DNA of 64,000 nucleotides from an uncultured Dehalococcoidia bacterium (GCA_964578255.1 CAZOCC010000035.1:6262-70261); one strand, 5' to 3'; positions 1 to 10,384 are shown, numbered from the stretch's first letter. The notes: generated by a model from the sequence alone, not told the origin. Numbers and translations: made by a program.

Positions 1-151
1 AATGTCTGGTTGAGTTATCGCAATTCCGGTTTTGTTATCCAATAACTGATACTCCATATTCCAGATGCGGTTATAATAAACTATAATCAGCAGCCAAGTC
101 TTATCAATATTATACGATAGTATGAATATGCATTTACTGGGATTGTAGAAC

Positions 152-180
152 TTGACCCGAAATGTGAGCTACCATATTAT
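152..180 (+). promoter_or_regulatory. candidate sigma70-type promoter upstream of tRNA-Pro
   Basis: TTGACC (152-157), 17-nt spacer, TATTAT (175-180). Hexamer match by eye only. Confidence 0.4.
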
Positions 181-265
181 GAATTGGGTTGGGCCATGAT
201 TCCCATAAAGCAGGGAATAGCAGGTTCTTTTTATTGCAGAAACGACGGAAAGACCGTATCCGTAT

Positions 266-340
266 CGGGGAGTAGCCCAGCGGTAGGGCGCTTGTTTTGG
301 GAACAAGAAGTCGGGAGTTCGATTCTCCCCTCCCCGACCA
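266..340 (+). tRNA. tRNA-Pro, anticodon UGG, CCA encoded
   Basis: Cloverleaf folded by hand. Acceptor CGGGGAG/CTCCCCG, D arm GCCC-AGCGGTA-GGGC, anticodon arm CTTGT-TTTGGGA-ACAAG (anticodon TGG, G37), variable AAGTC, T arm GGGAG-TTCGATT-CTCCC, discriminator A, CCA at 338-340. Confidence 0.93.
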
Positions 341-464
341 TGATAGCTAGATTTCTTCCACACATAACTCTCTAGTAATCGGCAAAAACGAGAACCTTTG
401 ATAGAGTAGGTTTACCAGGTTTCATATAATTGGCCATAGATAAAATAATAATTGGCCAGTTAGG

Positions 465-493
465 TTGACAAAATGTCAAATTGGCTATAGATT
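465..493 (+). promoter_or_regulatory. candidate promoter of the rpsL-rpsG-fusA operon
   Basis: Perfect TTGACA at 465-470. The -10 candidates are TATAGA 486-491 (15-nt spacer) or TAGATT 488-493 (17-nt spacer). About 65 nt upstream of the rpsL GTG. Confidence 0.4.
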
Positions 494-557
494 TACTAGT
501 CTGCGCTCGCTTGTCGTGCGTGGGGATATTTGTTGAGCTTTTTGGGAGCATTTAATT

Positions 558-983
558 GTGCCTACTGTAAATCAATTAGTAAGGAAACCTAGGGTGCGAA
601 TAGTCAAGAAGACCAAAGCACCTGCTCTTAGGTATGGTTTTAATTCTCTAAAAAATGTTGTCAAAAGGACCAACGGATCACCTCAACAAAGAGGAGTGTG
701 CGTACAGGTCCGGACAGTTACTCCCAAGAAACCCAACTCTGCCTTGAGGAAGGTTGCTAGGGTAAGACTGGCTAATGGTATGGAGGTTACTGCATACATA
801 CCCGGAGAGGGCCACACTTTGCAGGAACATTCGGTAGTATTGATACGTGGTGGACGAGTTAAGGATTTGCCAGGTGTCAGATACCATATAGTTAGAGGGG
901 CTTTAGACTGCACGGGAGTTGCGGATCGTAAAAGGGGACGCAGCAAGTATGGGACCAAACATATGGCAGGACCAGGTAGGTAG
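558..983 (+). CDS. rpsL: 30S ribosomal protein S12 (uS12)
   Basis: 141 aa, begins [12 protein letters not shown]. Contains the [10 protein letters not shown] and GVRYHIVRG motifs. GTG start. First gene of the str-operon order. Confidence 0.97.
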   Translation: MPTVNQLVRKPRVRIVKKTKAPALRYGFNSLKNVVKRTNGSPQQRGVCVQVRTVTPKKPNSALRKVARVRLANGMEVTAYIPGEGHTLQEHSVVLIRGGRVKDLPGVRYHIVRGALDCTGVADRKRGRSKYGTKHMAGPGR

Positions 984-989
984 GAAAAA

Positions 990-1460
990 ATGGCTAGGCG
1001 TAGACGTGCACAAAAAAGAGAGATAACCCCAGACCCTAAATATGGTAGTGCATATTTAGCGGGCTTTATAAATAGAGTGATGACTAGGGGAAAGAAGTCC
1101 GTTGCTCAACGTATAGTGTATGACGCACTAGATATTTTGCAAAAACAGAATTCTGGTGACCCCATGGACATGTTTAATCAGGCTATGAGAAATGTTACCC
1201 CTCAGTTGGAAGTCAAGCCCAGGAGAGTCGGAGGGGCCACATATCAAGTTCCCATAGAAGTTCGCAGTAGCAGGCAGCAGTCTCTAGCAATGCGATGGAT
1301 TCTAAGGGCTAGCAGAGCTAGATCTGGGCGTCCTATGGCTGAGAGGTTGGCTATGGAGTTGGATGAGGCGTCTAAAGGCCAAGGAGCCGCCGTTAGGAGA
1401 AGAGAGGAGACCCACCGAATGGTCGAGGCTAATAGAGCCTTCGTACATTATAGATGGTGA
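990..1460 (+). CDS. rpsG: 30S ribosomal protein S7 (uS7)
   Basis: 156 aa, begins MARRRRAQKREI and ends NRAFVHYRW, as in S7. Follows rpsL. Confidence 0.97.
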   Translation: MARRRRAQKREITPDPKYGSAYLAGFINRVMTRGKKSVAQRIVYDALDILQKQNSGDPMDMFNQAMRNVTPQLEVKPRRVGGATYQVPIEVRSSRQQSLAMRWILRASRARSGRPMAERLAMELDEASKGQGAAVRRREETHRMVEANRAFVHYRW

Positions 1461-1529
1461 GTATCCCTTATAGCGTGGATTATCGATTGCCTCTCTCATG
1501 AAACTGGGGAGGATTTGGAGAATTTTCCG

Positions 1530-3587
1530 ATGGATAATATAAGAAATATAGGATTTATTGCCCATATAGATGCTGGCAAAACTACTGTTACAGAGCGGGT
1601 ACTGTTTTTCTCTGGCCGTACCCACAAGATTGGTAATATTGATGATGGAACTACTGTGATGGACTGGATGTCTCAGGAGAAGGAAAGAGGCATAACTATC
1701 ACATCTGCTGCTACCACATGTGAATGGAATGGCCATTCAATAAACATAATAGATACACCAGGACACGTTGATTTCACCGCAGAAGTGGAGAGGAGCCTAC
1801 GTGTTTTGGATGGCGCTGTGGTTGTTTTTGAATCGGTTGCAGGGGTCCAGCCACAATCAGAAACTGTCTGGCGACAGGCTGACCGGTACAGAGTTCCCAG
1901 AATGTGCTTTGTTAATAAAATGGATAGGATGGGAGCCAATTTCGAGCGAACAGTGGGCATGATATCGAGTCGATTAAATGCAAATCCGGTTCCTATACAA
2001 CTCCCTATAGGTTCGGAGAGTTCCTTTCGCGGCATAGTGGACCTTGTTGATCAAAAAGCATTGATGTTTCCAGATGATGATAACGACAGTAACTATACTC
2101 CCATCGAGATGGATTATCCCGAGGAAATGTTAGAAGAGATTCAGGCTTATAGGGATAACTTGTTGGAAAAAATAGCCGAAATAGACGATTCGATAATGGT
2201 CAAATATTTGGACGAAAAACCGATATCTGTCGAGGAAATAAAACAGGCCATTAGGAGAGCAACTATTAATAACGACATGGTGCCAGTTTTGTGTGGTACA
2301 GCTCTCAAGACTAAGGGAGTACAGGCAATGTTGGACGCAGTATGCGACTATATGCCATCACCCCTTGATGTACCTCCTATGGTTGGCGTGAGTGTAAAAT
2401 CCGGGGATCAGGTGGATATACCTGCTACTCAAGAATCCTCATTCTCTGCATTGGCCTTTAAAGTCATGATAGATCCCCATGTTGGTAGATTGGTGTATCT
2501 CAGAGTCTACTCTGGAAATATCAAAGCAGGAGCTTCTGTTTATAATTCCACCAAAGGGATCAAGGAACGACTAGGCAGAGTACTTACCATGCACGCCAAT
2601 AGGAGAGAAGAAGCCCCAGATATATCAGCAGGTAGTATCGCTGCTGCAATAGGTTTGAAGAATACGTTTACTGGAGACACAATTTGCAGTGAAGATGGTG
2701 CTGTCATCTTGGAATCTATTCGTTTTCCTGAACCGGTAGTGTCGGTAGCAATTGAACCGAAAACTAGGATGGATCAGGAAAAATTGATAGATTCTATGAT
2801 CAAACTTTCCGAGGAAGACCCCACTTTTAGAGTAAAGGTTGATCGTGAAACTGGCCAAACTATTATGTCTGGTATGGGAGAATTGCACTTGGAAGTCCTC
2901 GTGGAGAGATTGAGGCGAGAATTTCAAGTTGATGCCAATATAGGACGACCCAAGGTGTCATATCGTGAATCCATTACCTCTTCTTCAAAAGCAGAGGGGA
3001 GATTCGTGAGACAAACTGGAGGCCACGGCCAATACGGGCATGTGGAACTAGAGATTGAGCCGCTGGAGAGAAACAGTGGTATAAAATTTGAAAGCAAGAT
3101 AATGGGTGGAGCTGTTCCAAGGGAATTTATTCACCCAGTAGAAAATGGGATCAAGGAAGCACTTGAGTCAGGAGTAATGTTCGGATATCCTGTGATCGAT
3201 GTAAAGGTTACGTTGGTAGATGGTAGCTATCACCCAGTGGATTCATCAGAAATGGCTTTCAAGATGGCTGGTTCGATAGGTGTGAAAGAAGCGATCCGTA
3301 AAGCTAATGCCGTGCTTTTGGAGCCTATCATGGCAATAGAGGTAGTTACTCCTGAAGAATATCTAGGGGAAATATTGGGTGATTTGGGAGGCAGGAGATC
3401 TCGCATAGAGGGTATGGACGGTTCTGATGAGACGAAAACCATAAAGGCTTTCATACCTCTTGCAGAAACTTTTGGGTATATAACAACCTTGCGATCCATA
3501 TCTCAGGGAAGGGCAAGTCAGTCAATGGAGTTTGATCATTATGAACAAGTGCCTCAAGGGGTAGTTCAAGAGCTAGTGAAGGTGTAG
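1530..3587 (+). CDS. fusA: elongation factor G
   Basis: GTPase motifs [17 protein letters not shown] and NKMD, with full-length EF-G domains. ORF opens at TTG 1515, but ATG 1530 preceded by GGAGA is preferred. Confidence 0.95.
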   Translation: MDNIRNIGFIAHIDAGKTTVTERVLFFSGRTHKIGNIDDGTTVMDWMSQEKERGITITSAATTCEWNGHSINIIDTPGHVDFTAEVERSLRVLDGAVVVFESVAGVQPQSETVWRQADRYRVPRMCFVNKMDRMGANFERTVGMISSRLNANPVPIQLPIGSESSFRGIVDLVDQKALMFPDDDNDSNYTPIEMDYPEEMLEEIQAYRDNLLEKIAEIDDSIMVKYLDEKPISVEEIKQAIRRATINNDMVPVLCGTALKTKGVQAMLDAVCDYMPSPLDVPPMVGVSVKSGDQVDIPATQESSFSALAFKVMIDPHVGRLVYLRVYSGNIKAGASVYNSTKGIKERLGRVLTMHANRREEAPDISAGSIAAAIGLKNTFTGDTICSEDGAVILESIRFPEPVVSVAIEPKTRMDQEKLIDSMIKLSEEDPTFRVKVDRETGQTIMSGMGELHLEVLVERLRREFQVDANIGRPKVSYRESITSSSKAEGRFVRQTGGHGQYGHVELEIEPLERNSGIKFESKIMGGAVPREFIHPVENGIKEALESGVMFGYPVIDVKVTLVDGSYHPVDSSEMAFKMAGSIGVKEAIRKANAVLLEPIMAIEVVTPEEYLGEILGDLGGRRSRIEGMDGSDETKTIKAFIPLAETFGYITTLRSISQGRASQSMEFDHYEQVPQGVVQELVKV

Positions 3588-3601
3588 AAAGCAGTAGTAA
3601 T

Positions 3602-3910
3602 ATGCCACAACAGAAAGTAAGAATAGTATTGAGGGCCTTCGATCACAAGATACTTGACGTATCCGCAACTCAGATAGTTGAAGCTGCTGAAAGGACTGGT
3701 GCAGGGGTTACCGGGCCGGTTCCTATGCCAACAACCATTAAGAGATTTTGTGTTATAAGGTCTCCTCATGTTGACAAAGATTCTAGAGAACACTTCGAAT
3801 TACGTTCTCATAAGAGACTTATAGATATATTGGATCCTAGTTCTAAAACCATTGATGCTTTAACCCAACTTAGCGTACCAGCAGGGGTTGATATCTCCAT
3901 AAAGTTATAG
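3602..3910 (+). CDS. rpsJ: 30S ribosomal protein S10 (uS10)
   Basis: 102 aa with [16 protein letters not shown], an S10-like pattern. Starts 14 nt after the fusA stop. Confidence 0.96.
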   Translation: MPQQKVRIVLRAFDHKILDVSATQIVEAAERTGAGVTGPVPMPTTIKRFCVIRSPHVDKDSREHFELRSHKRLIDILDPSSKTIDALTQLSVPAGVDISIKL

Positions 3911-3920
3911 GAAGAAATCT

Positions 3921-4541
3921 ATGATTGGTGTATTGGGCAGAAAACAAGGCATGACGAGAGTGTTCTCACCGGACGGGACTGTGGAGCCCGTGACGGTTCT
4001 CAGTGTTGGGCCATGCGTAGTAACTCAAGTGAAAACTTTACAAAGACATGGCTATCAAGCCGTGCAAGTTGGTTACGAGGAATCCAGGAAAATAAATCAA
4101 CCTGAAAAAGGACATCTTAAAAGAACCTCACCATTTAAACATATTAAGGAATTCAGGGTGGATTCCCTAGGAGATTTTCAGATAGGTCAGAGGATTGATG
4201 CAGATATATTCCAACCTGGAGACGTTATTGACGTTGTTGGTGTTTCAAAAGGTAGAGGTTTTGCTGGCGCTATGAAGCGCCATAATTTTAGTGGTGGCCC
4301 GAAAACTCATGGGCAATCTGATAGAGGAAGAGCACCTGGTTCTGTAGGAGCTGGAACTACTCCAGGTAGAGTTTTCAAGGGGACTCCAATGGCTGGACAC
4401 ATGGGTGATAAAAAGATCACTGCTACTCATTTAAAGGTGGTACATATAGACAGTGATCGCAACTTGTTATTAGTGAGAGGATCCGTCCCTGGTGCTAATA
4501 ATGGAATCTTGGTAATAAAGCAATCTAGGAGAGGTGGATAG
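3921..4541 (+). CDS. rplC: 50S ribosomal protein L3 (uL3)
   Basis: 206 aa with [13 protein letters not shown]. Position in the S10 operon. Confidence 0.96.
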   Translation: MIGVLGRKQGMTRVFSPDGTVEPVTVLSVGPCVVTQVKTLQRHGYQAVQVGYEESRKINQPEKGHLKRTSPFKHIKEFRVDSLGDFQIGQRIDADIFQPGDVIDVVGVSKGRGFAGAMKRHNFSGGPKTHGQSDRGRAPGSVGAGTTPGRVFKGTPMAGHMGDKKITATHLKVVHIDSDRNLLLVRGSVPGANNGILVIKQSRRGG

Positions 4542-4544
4542 ACC

Positions 4545-5198
4545 ATGGAGTTTCCTCTTAGAAATATAGCTGGAGAGACTGCGGGTACATTGACCTTGAA
4601 TCCGGCTTTGTTTGATGTTCCTATGAACCAAGCCTTGGTTCATCAAGTTGCAGTTGCTCACATGGCTAATGCTCGCCAGGGTACCTCTTCTACAAAAACC
4701 AGAGGCATGGTGTCAGGTGGTGGAGCCAAGCCTTGGAGACAGAAACACACTGGCAGAGCGCGTCAAGGTAGTTCCAGATCACCTCAATGGCGTGGAGGAG
4801 GGATAGTATTTGGTCCACATCCCAGGAGTTATTCCCAAAGGATTCCTAAAAAGATGAACTTAGGCTCCTTAAAATGCCTATTGTCGCAGAAAATTCGAGA
4901 TGATAAGTTGATAATATTGGACAAATTGAATTTGGACGATTCTAACACTAAGCACATGGTACAAGTGTTATCTAACTTAGGTGTAGACTCCCCTTGCCTG
5001 TTAGTAACTGAAGAACCAGAATTGCATGTCATTAAGTCGGCCAGAAATATTAGGCGTGTGAAAACCCTACCGTCATACCAACTGAATACCGTGGATTTAT
5101 TGTCTCATGACCGAGTAGTTATAACGGCTGATGCGGTTCGTCGGGCCGAGAGAATATGGTGTGGTGAGGAGTCGTTGCAGTTGGAGCAGGTGGAATAA
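4545..5198 (+). CDS. rplD: 50S ribosomal protein L4 (uL4)
   Basis: 217 aa with the KPWRQKHTGRARQGS motif. Operon position. Confidence 0.95.
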   Translation: MEFPLRNIAGETAGTLTLNPALFDVPMNQALVHQVAVAHMANARQGTSSTKTRGMVSGGGAKPWRQKHTGRARQGSSRSPQWRGGGIVFGPHPRSYSQRIPKKMNLGSLKCLLSQKIRDDKLIILDKLNLDDSNTKHMVQVLSNLGVDSPCLLVTEEPELHVIKSARNIRRVKTLPSYQLNTVDLLSHDRVVITADAVRRAERIWCGEESLQLEQVE

Positions 5199-5200
5199 CA

Positions 5201-5488
5201 ATGCACATATTCGAAGTACTCCGCCGGCCACTGGTTACAGAGAAAAGCACCATTATGCAAGATGGTCAAAATAAGTACGCCTTTGAAGTTGATTCAAGGG
5301 CCAACAAATCACAAGTAAAGTCTGCTGTTGAAGCATCATTTGGGGTCAAAGTGACCGAAGTTAATATTATGACCCAAAAAGGTAAGACTAAGAGATACGG
5401 TAAGAGAATATCTCAGAGGCCTTCATGGAAGAAGGCTGTTGTTAGCCTTGATAGTAACGATAAGATTCAACTGTTTGAGGGGGCTTAA
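5201..5488 (+). CDS. rplW: 50S ribosomal protein L23 (uL23)
   Basis: 95 aa with VLRRPLVTEKS. Operon position. Confidence 0.95.
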   Translation: MHIFEVLRRPLVTEKSTIMQDGQNKYAFEVDSRANKSQVKSAVEASFGVKVTEVNIMTQKGKTKRYGKRISQRPSWKKAVVSLDSNDKIQLFEGA

Positions 5489-6325
5489 ATGGCCTTAAGA
5501 AGTGTTAAGCCTACATCACCAGGAAGACGCGGAGTCGTCCTGCCTTCTTTTGATGAAATTACTAAAAAGAAGCCGGAAAAATCCCTGTTGGCTCCTTTAC
5601 ATAAAAAAGGAGGCAGGAATGCCCAGGGTAGACTAACTGTTAGGCATAGGGGTGGTGGATCGAAACGCAGGTTTCGGATAATTGATTTTAAACGTGATAA
5701 AATAGGCGTTCCTGGAAAGGTTGCATCTATAGAATATGATCCAAATCGTTCTGCCAGGATAGCATTGATCCATTATGTTGATGGAGAGAAAAGATATAAT
5801 CTTGCGCCGAATGGATTGAGTGTAGGAGATGTAATACAATCAGGGCCATTAGCGGATCTCAGCGTCGGAAATGCTCTTCCGTTGAAACTAGTTCCACAGG
5901 GGACTACGGTTCACAATGTGGAAATGCAGCCCGGTAGAGGCGCTCAGTATGCAAGAAGCGCTGGTGCATCTGCCCAGGTACTTTCTCAAGAGGGAACATA
6001 TATTTTGATGAGAATGCCTTCCAATGAAGTCCGTCGGGTGAATCCTGAATGTATGGTAACAATAGGCTCGGTAGGCAATGCGGATCACCAAAATATCAAG
6101 TTGGGTAAAGCCGGTCGGAATCGACACATTGGACGTAGGCCTCAGGTCAGAGGATCTGCTATGAATCCAAATGACCATCCCCATGGTGGTGGTGAAGGAA
6201 GGTCTGGTATTGGTATGCCTGGACCTAAGACACCTTGGGGTAAGCCTGCTCTAGGTTATAGAACTAGGAGCCGAAGGAAAGACAGTAGTATGATTCAGGC
6301 CAGAAGAACTCGTCGCAGGAGATAG
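5489..6325 (+). CDS. rplB: 50S ribosomal protein L2 (uL2)
   Basis: 278 aa with the [14 protein letters not shown] motif. Confidence 0.97.
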   Translation: MALRSVKPTSPGRRGVVLPSFDEITKKKPEKSLLAPLHKKGGRNAQGRLTVRHRGGGSKRRFRIIDFKRDKIGVPGKVASIEYDPNRSARIALIHYVDGEKRYNLAPNGLSVGDVIQSGPLADLSVGNALPLKLVPQGTTVHNVEMQPGRGAQYARSAGASAQVLSQEGTYILMRMPSNEVRRVNPECMVTIGSVGNADHQNIKLGKAGRNRHIGRRPQVRGSAMNPNDHPHGGGEGRSGIGMPGPKTPWGKPALGYRTRSRRKDSSMIQARRTRRRR

Positions 6326-6355
6326 ATTTGATGCAAATGTTCAAAGGAGAATTGG

Positions 6356-6646
6356 ATGTCTAGATCCATAAAGAAAGGGCCTTACGTACATCCTAAACTT
6401 ATGATTAAGGTCGCCTCTCTGCAGAGAAGCGGCGATAAGACAGTCATAAGAACATGGTCTAGGGCATCAATGATAATGCCTGATATGGTAGGACTTACCA
6501 TTGCTGTTCATGATGGTCGTAGGCACGTTCCTGTATTTATAACCGAAAATATGGTTGGGCATCGCCTAGGAGAATTTGCCCCAACAAGAACTTTTCGTGG
6601 TCATGCTGCAAAGTCCGAGCGAACCACGCAAGTTAGAAGGGGATAA
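6356..6646 (+). CDS. rpsS: 30S ribosomal protein S19 (uS19)
   Basis: 96 aa, [11 protein letters not shown] with HDGRRHVPV. Confidence 0.96.
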   Translation: MSRSIKKGPYVHPKLMIKVASLQRSGDKTVIRTWSRASMIMPDMVGLTIAVHDGRRHVPVFITENMVGHRLGEFAPTRTFRGHAAKSERTTQVRRG

Positions 6647-6664
6647 TGAATAAGGTGCAAATGT

Positions 6665-7006
6665 ATGGCAGTTAAAGCGGTAGCTAAAAATATTGGTGTT
6701 TCGACCAAGAAAATGCGGCGGATATTAAAAGTTGTTCGTGGCAAAAAAGTGGACGTTGCACTTGATATCCTGGGTTTCCTGCCAACGCCTGCGGCTCGTC
6801 ACGTTGCCAAGGCGGTGAAGTCAGCTGCCAACAATGCTGAAAATAACAATATGATGACACAGAGTGATCTCAGAATAGTAGGCATATACGCTGATCCTGG
6901 GGTAACTTTACGAAGATTCCGCCCAAGATCTAGAGGAAGATCAAGCAGAATACTCAAGCGTAGCAGCCATGTTACAGTTTTGGTTGATGAACAGGAAGGT
7001 GACTAA
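6665..7006 (+). CDS. rplV: 50S ribosomal protein L22 (uL22)
   Basis: 113 aa. Operon position between rpsS and rpsC. Basic, with an L22-like pattern. Confidence 0.94.
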   Translation: MAVKAVAKNIGVSTKKMRRILKVVRGKKVDVALDILGFLPTPAARHVAKAVKSAANNAENNNMMTQSDLRIVGIYADPGVTLRRFRPRSRGRSSRILKRSSHVTVLVDEQEGD

Positions 7007-7773
7007 TGGGTCAAAAGACTCATCCTATAGGATTCCGGCTAGGTATAATAAAGGATTGGCAGTCTAAATGGTTTGCGGGAAAATCATCCCAGTACCGTGG
7101 CTTGTTGCAGGAAGATCTGCGTATAAGAAAAGCCGTAATGTCGAATCTTCCTGAAGCTGGTATATCTAAGGTTGAGTTGGAACGAGGTTCACAGGAATTG
7201 GTGATTACCATACATTCCGCTAGGCCTGGAGTGGTCATAGGGCGTGGGGGTCAGAGAGTTGAAGACATACGAAAAATTATAGAGGGTTTATCTAATAGAA
7301 GAACCAGATTGAATGTTCAGGAGGTTCGTCAACCGGAATTAGATGCCCAGCTTGTTGCTATGGGTATTGCTGAGCAGTTGAGTAGGCGAATAGCCTTCAG
7401 GCGTGCGATGAATCAAGCTCTTACACGCGCTATGCAAGCAGGAGCTCAGGGTATCAAGATTATATGTTCTGGAAGGTTGGGTGGCATAGAGATTGCTCGT
7501 AAGGAAAAGGTTATGGAGGGTCGTGTGCCACTACATACACTCAGAGCTGACATAGATTATGGAATATCTGAAGCTAGGATTGCTATGGGTAGGATAGGCG
7601 TAAAGGTTTGGATATACAAAGGTGATGTTATACCTGAACCCAAAGAAATAGAAGTCCCAGTGGGCGAAGAGGAAATGCGTCTGATAGAATTTACTTTGGG
7701 CGGACAGGAAGGACTTTCGGAGGAATCAGAGGATGCTGCAACCGAAGAGAACCAAATTTCGGAAAATACATAA
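7006..7773 (+). CDS. rpsC: 30S ribosomal protein S3 (uS3) with acidic C-terminal tail
   Basis: 255 aa, begins [15 protein letters not shown]-domain pattern [12 protein letters not shown]. The last roughly 40 aa are Glu-rich. Confidence 0.96.
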   Translation: MGQKTHPIGFRLGIIKDWQSKWFAGKSSQYRGLLQEDLRIRKAVMSNLPEAGISKVELERGSQELVITIHSARPGVVIGRGGQRVEDIRKIIEGLSNRRTRLNVQEVRQPELDAQLVAMGIAEQLSRRIAFRRAMNQALTRAMQAGAQGIKIICSGRLGGIEIARKEKVMEGRVPLHTLRADIDYGISEARIAMGRIGVKVWIYKGDVIPEPKEIEVPVGEEEMRLIEFTLGGQEGLSEESEDAATEENQISENT

Positions 7774-8149
7774 GGGCCGTAGACGAGGTAGCGCTCAAAC
7801 CGGCAACCAGATAAACTTTGGCGACTATGGCCTAAAGGCTACTTCTACTGCCTGGGTGACAGCCAGACAAATAGAGTCGGCAAGGAGGGCTATTACCCGT
7901 CATTTTAGGAGAGGTGGTAGGGTATGGATTCGGGTGTTTCCCGATAAACCTATAACATCTAAGCCTGCAGAGACACGAATGGGCAGTGGTAAGGGGGCTG
8001 TGGATGGTTGGGTTGCAGTTGTAAAGCCTGGAAGAATTCTTTTTGAAGTATCGGGTGTTAGTGTTGATGTTGCTAAGGAAGCCATGAGATTAGCTTCTCA
8101 AAAACTTCCGATTAGTACTTCTGTGTTATCACGTAGTGACGTAATTTAG
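7733..8149 (+). CDS. rplP: 50S ribosomal protein L16 (uL16)
   Basis: 138 aa with canonical N-terminus [11 protein letters not shown]. The ATG lies 41 nt inside the rpsC reading frame. Confidence 0.95.
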   Translation: MLQPKRTKFRKIHKGRRRGSAQTGNQINFGDYGLKATSTAWVTARQIESARRAITRHFRRGGRVWIRVFPDKPITSKPAETRMGSGKGAVDGWVAVVKPGRILFEVSGVSVDVAKEAMRLASQKLPISTSVLSRSDVI

Positions 8150-8166
8150 TTTGGCAGGTATGTGAT

Positions 8167-8364
8167 TTGGATATTTTAGCAGTCAGGGCTTTGAGTGATG
8201 AGGAACTCTCATCTGAATTGAATGATACTTATAGGGAACTTATGAATGTACGTTTTCGCCTTAGCACACGCCAGCTTGGTAATACCAATGAATTGCGGAA
8301 AGTCAGAAAGACTATTGCAAGGATGAAAACAGTCATGAGACAGCGCGGAATTGTGGAGAAATAG
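8167..8364 (+). CDS. rpmC: 50S ribosomal protein L29 (uL29)
   Basis: 65 aa with the [29 protein letters not shown] pattern. TTG start. Confidence 0.92.
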   Translation: MDILAVRALSDEELSSELNDTYRELMNVRFRLSTRQLGNTNELRKVRKTIARMKTVMRQRGIVEK

Positions 8365-8365
8365 A

Positions 8366-8713
8366 ATGAGAGGGACAAGGAAAATTAGAGTAGGTAGGGT
8401 TGTAAGCAACAAAATGGAAAAGACAGTCACGGTTGCAGTCGAATGGCGACAACCACATCGTATATATGGTAAATCTGTGAAAAAGGTAACCAAGTTCCAT
8501 GCCCATGACGAATTAGGTCAAAATAAGATTGGTGACGTTGTGAGAATAGCTGAAACTAGACCACTATCCAGGATGAAGCGTTGGAGGGTTATAGACACAA
8601 TATCTACTACAGATATTGATGTGCAAGATGAGGCTACCGATGTCTATCAAAGCCTTGGTGAAGTCATATCAGAGAACACTGTAACTGACCAAGAATCGGT
8701 CGAGGAGCTCTAA
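8366..8713 (+). CDS. rpsQ: 30S ribosomal protein S17 (uS17) with acidic C-terminal tail
   Basis: Begins [24 protein letters not shown] 8366 follows GGAGAAA and the rpmC stop (ORF opens at 8351). The C-terminal roughly 35 aa are acidic. Confidence 0.94.
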   Translation: MRGTRKIRVGRVVSNKMEKTVTVAVEWRQPHRIYGKSVKKVTKFHAHDELGQNKIGDVVRIAETRPLSRMKRWRVIDTISTTDIDVQDEATDVYQSLGEVISENTVTDQESVEEL

Positions 8714-8715
8714 CA

Positions 8716-9084
8716 ATGATACAGGTTTACTCACGTTTAGTGGTCGCCGATAATTCGGGAGCGAAAGTCCTGATGTGTATCAACGTGCCAGGAGGCACCC
8801 GCAGGAGATATGCGAAGGTAGGAGATGTGATTGTTGCTTCAGTTAAAGAAGCTCAACCGGCTGCTGCTGTAAAAAAGGGCGAAGTTGTGCGTGCGGTTAT
8901 TGTACGTACCGCTTATCCCCAAAGGAGACCGGATGGATCATACATTAAATTTGATGAGAATGCGGCAGTAGTTCTTCAGGAAAATCTGAACCCGCGAGGG
9001 AGCCGTATATTTGGTCCTGTTGCTAGAGAGTTAAGGGATAAGGCTTTTATGCGTATAGTGTCTTTGGCTCCAGAGGTGTTGTGA
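8716..9084 (+). CDS. rplN: 50S ribosomal protein L14 (uL14)
   Basis: 122 aa, begins [17 protein letters not shown]. Confidence 0.97.
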   Translation: MIQVYSRLVVADNSGAKVLMCINVPGGTRRRYAKVGDVIVASVKEAQPAAAVKKGEVVRAVIVRTAYPQRRPDGSYIKFDENAAVVLQENLNPRGSRIFGPVARELRDKAFMRIVSLAPEVL

Positions 9085-9395
9085 TGAAATTCAAGAGAGA
9101 AGATACAGTACAGATTATAGCCGGCAAAGATAAAGGCAAGAGAGGTAAGATACAGACGGTGTTCCCAAAAGATGGACGAGTTTCTATAGAAGGTTTAAAT
9201 TTTGTTAGCCGCCATGTGCGGCCTAGGCCTGATATAAGGCAGGCCGGTATAGTTCAGAAAGAGGCCCCTATGAACATATCCAAGGTGATGTTAGTTTGTG
9301 TTCATTGTGACAAAGCAGTGAGGATTGCTCACAAATTTCTGGATGACGGTAAGAAAGTGAGAGTGTGTGGTTCATGTCGGGAAGTGATAGACTAG
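9081..9395 (+). CDS. rplX: 50S ribosomal protein L24 (uL24)
   Basis: KOW motif [10 protein letters not shown]. Start is GTG 9081 or ATG 9084, overlapping the rplN stop. The C-terminal part carries CVHC...CGSC. Confidence 0.94.
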   Translation: MMKFKREDTVQIIAGKDKGKRGKIQTVFPKDGRVSIEGLNFVSRHVRPRPDIRQAGIVQKEAPMNISKVMLVCVHCDKAVRIAHKFLDDGKKVRVCGSCREVID

Positions 9396-10285
9396 AAGAG
9401 AATGCAGACCAAGAAGTGTCTGCCTCCTCTCAGAATACTAACCCTGTAGCAGAAGTTACAGGCTCCAAGGCTGTTCCTAAGAGAAGGTCTCGGGCGAAGA
9501 GCCCTAGTGACCAGACGTCTGACGCGTCTTCTGGGAATGCAGATGTTGCTACAGAGATTGTAGCAAGTCAACCAGCACCTAAGAGAAGGTCTCGAGCGAA
9601 GCAGGCTGCTGATCATGAGAAAAGTGTAACTCCTGCAAAGGCAAAACCGGTATCCTCTAGATCATCTAGTAGGGCTAGAACCAAGAAGACACAGGAACCC
9701 CAGGAGGTTAGTAGTGGACCTATTTCAAGAACACCAAGATTATTGGAACGTTACAGGGCATCGGTTAAAGATACACTGCGGCAAGAATTTGGCTATGCTA
9801 ACGTTATGCAAGTACCTCGTTTGCAGAAGGTAGTCTTGAACATTGGATTAGGAGAAACAAAGACCAACCCTAGAGCAATGGAGAGTGCTGTTAGGGATTT
9901 ATCCCTTATCACTGCCCAGAAACCTGTTACTACTAGAGCTAAGAGATCAATAGCTGGGTTTAAATTACGGGAAGGTGAACCTATAGGGACATCGGTTACT
10001 CTTAGAGGCAACAGGATGTATGAGTTCATGGATAGGTTGCTGAATGCAGCCCTGCCCAGGATTAGAGATTTCCGAGGTGTATCTGGCACTGCTTTTGACG
10101 GAAACGGCAACTACACATTAGGTATTCGGGAGCAGGTAATATTCCCTGAAATTGATTATGGACAGATTGATAGAGTTCGTAGCCTTCAGGTTTCTATTGT
10201 TACTACCGCGGATGATGATAATCAAGCTATGCGGTTACTGGATCTACTGGGCATGCCTTTTGCCAGGGAAAATAGAACAAGATAA
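9365..10285 (+). CDS. rplE: 50S ribosomal protein L5 (uL5) with long basic N-terminal extension
   Basis: The C-terminal roughly 180 aa ([11 protein letters not shown]...[19 protein letters not shown]...) are canonical L5. The frame stays open about 125 codons upstream. Start is uncertain: GTG 9365, ATG 9374 or GTG 9413. Confidence 0.9.
   Translation: MWFMSGSDRLEENADQEVSASSQNTNPVAEVTGSKAVPKRRSRAKSPSDQTSDASSGNADVATEIVASQPAPKRRSRAKQAADHEKSVTPAKAKPVSSRSSSRARTKKTQEPQEVSSGPISRTPRLLERYRASVKDTLRQEFGYANVMQVPRLQKVVLNIGLGETKTNPRAMESAVRDLSLITAQKPVTTRAKRSIAGFKLREGEPIGTSVTLRGNRMYEFMDRLLNAALPRIRDFRGVSGTAFDGNGNYTLGIREQVIFPEIDYGQIDRVRSLQVSIVTTADDDNQAMRLLDLLGMPFARENRTR
9476..9601 (+). repeat. 24-nt direct repeat pair inside the uL5 extension
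   Basis: cctaagagaaggtctcgggcgaag (9476-9499) and cctaagagaaggtctcgagcgaag (9578-9601) differ at 1 position and lie 102 nt apart. Both encode PKRRSRAK. Confidence 0.9.
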
Positions 10286-10384
10286 TTTCTATGTTGTTTA
10301 CATTCGTTAAAAATAAAAGTCAAATGTTGTATAGCATAATACTATCGAAATTTATGCTTGAGAACATGAATAGGAAGGAATTAG

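Noticed and set aside
1302-1736. Antisense or alternative-frame ORFs inside strongly supported genes (for example 1302-1736, 8209-8493, 9392-9616, 13508-13963, 16466-16900, 22683-23147, 25962-26426, 36179-36598, 51059-51496)
   Set aside because: Each overlaps a gene with clear family motifs in another frame or strand, and their products are low-complexity with no recognisable motifs.
10286-10384. Internal promoter or regulatory RNA in the 99-nt AT-rich gap between rplE and rpsN
   Set aside because: Only a CATAAT-like hexamer is present, without a matching -35. There is no convincing structure, so it is left unannotated.
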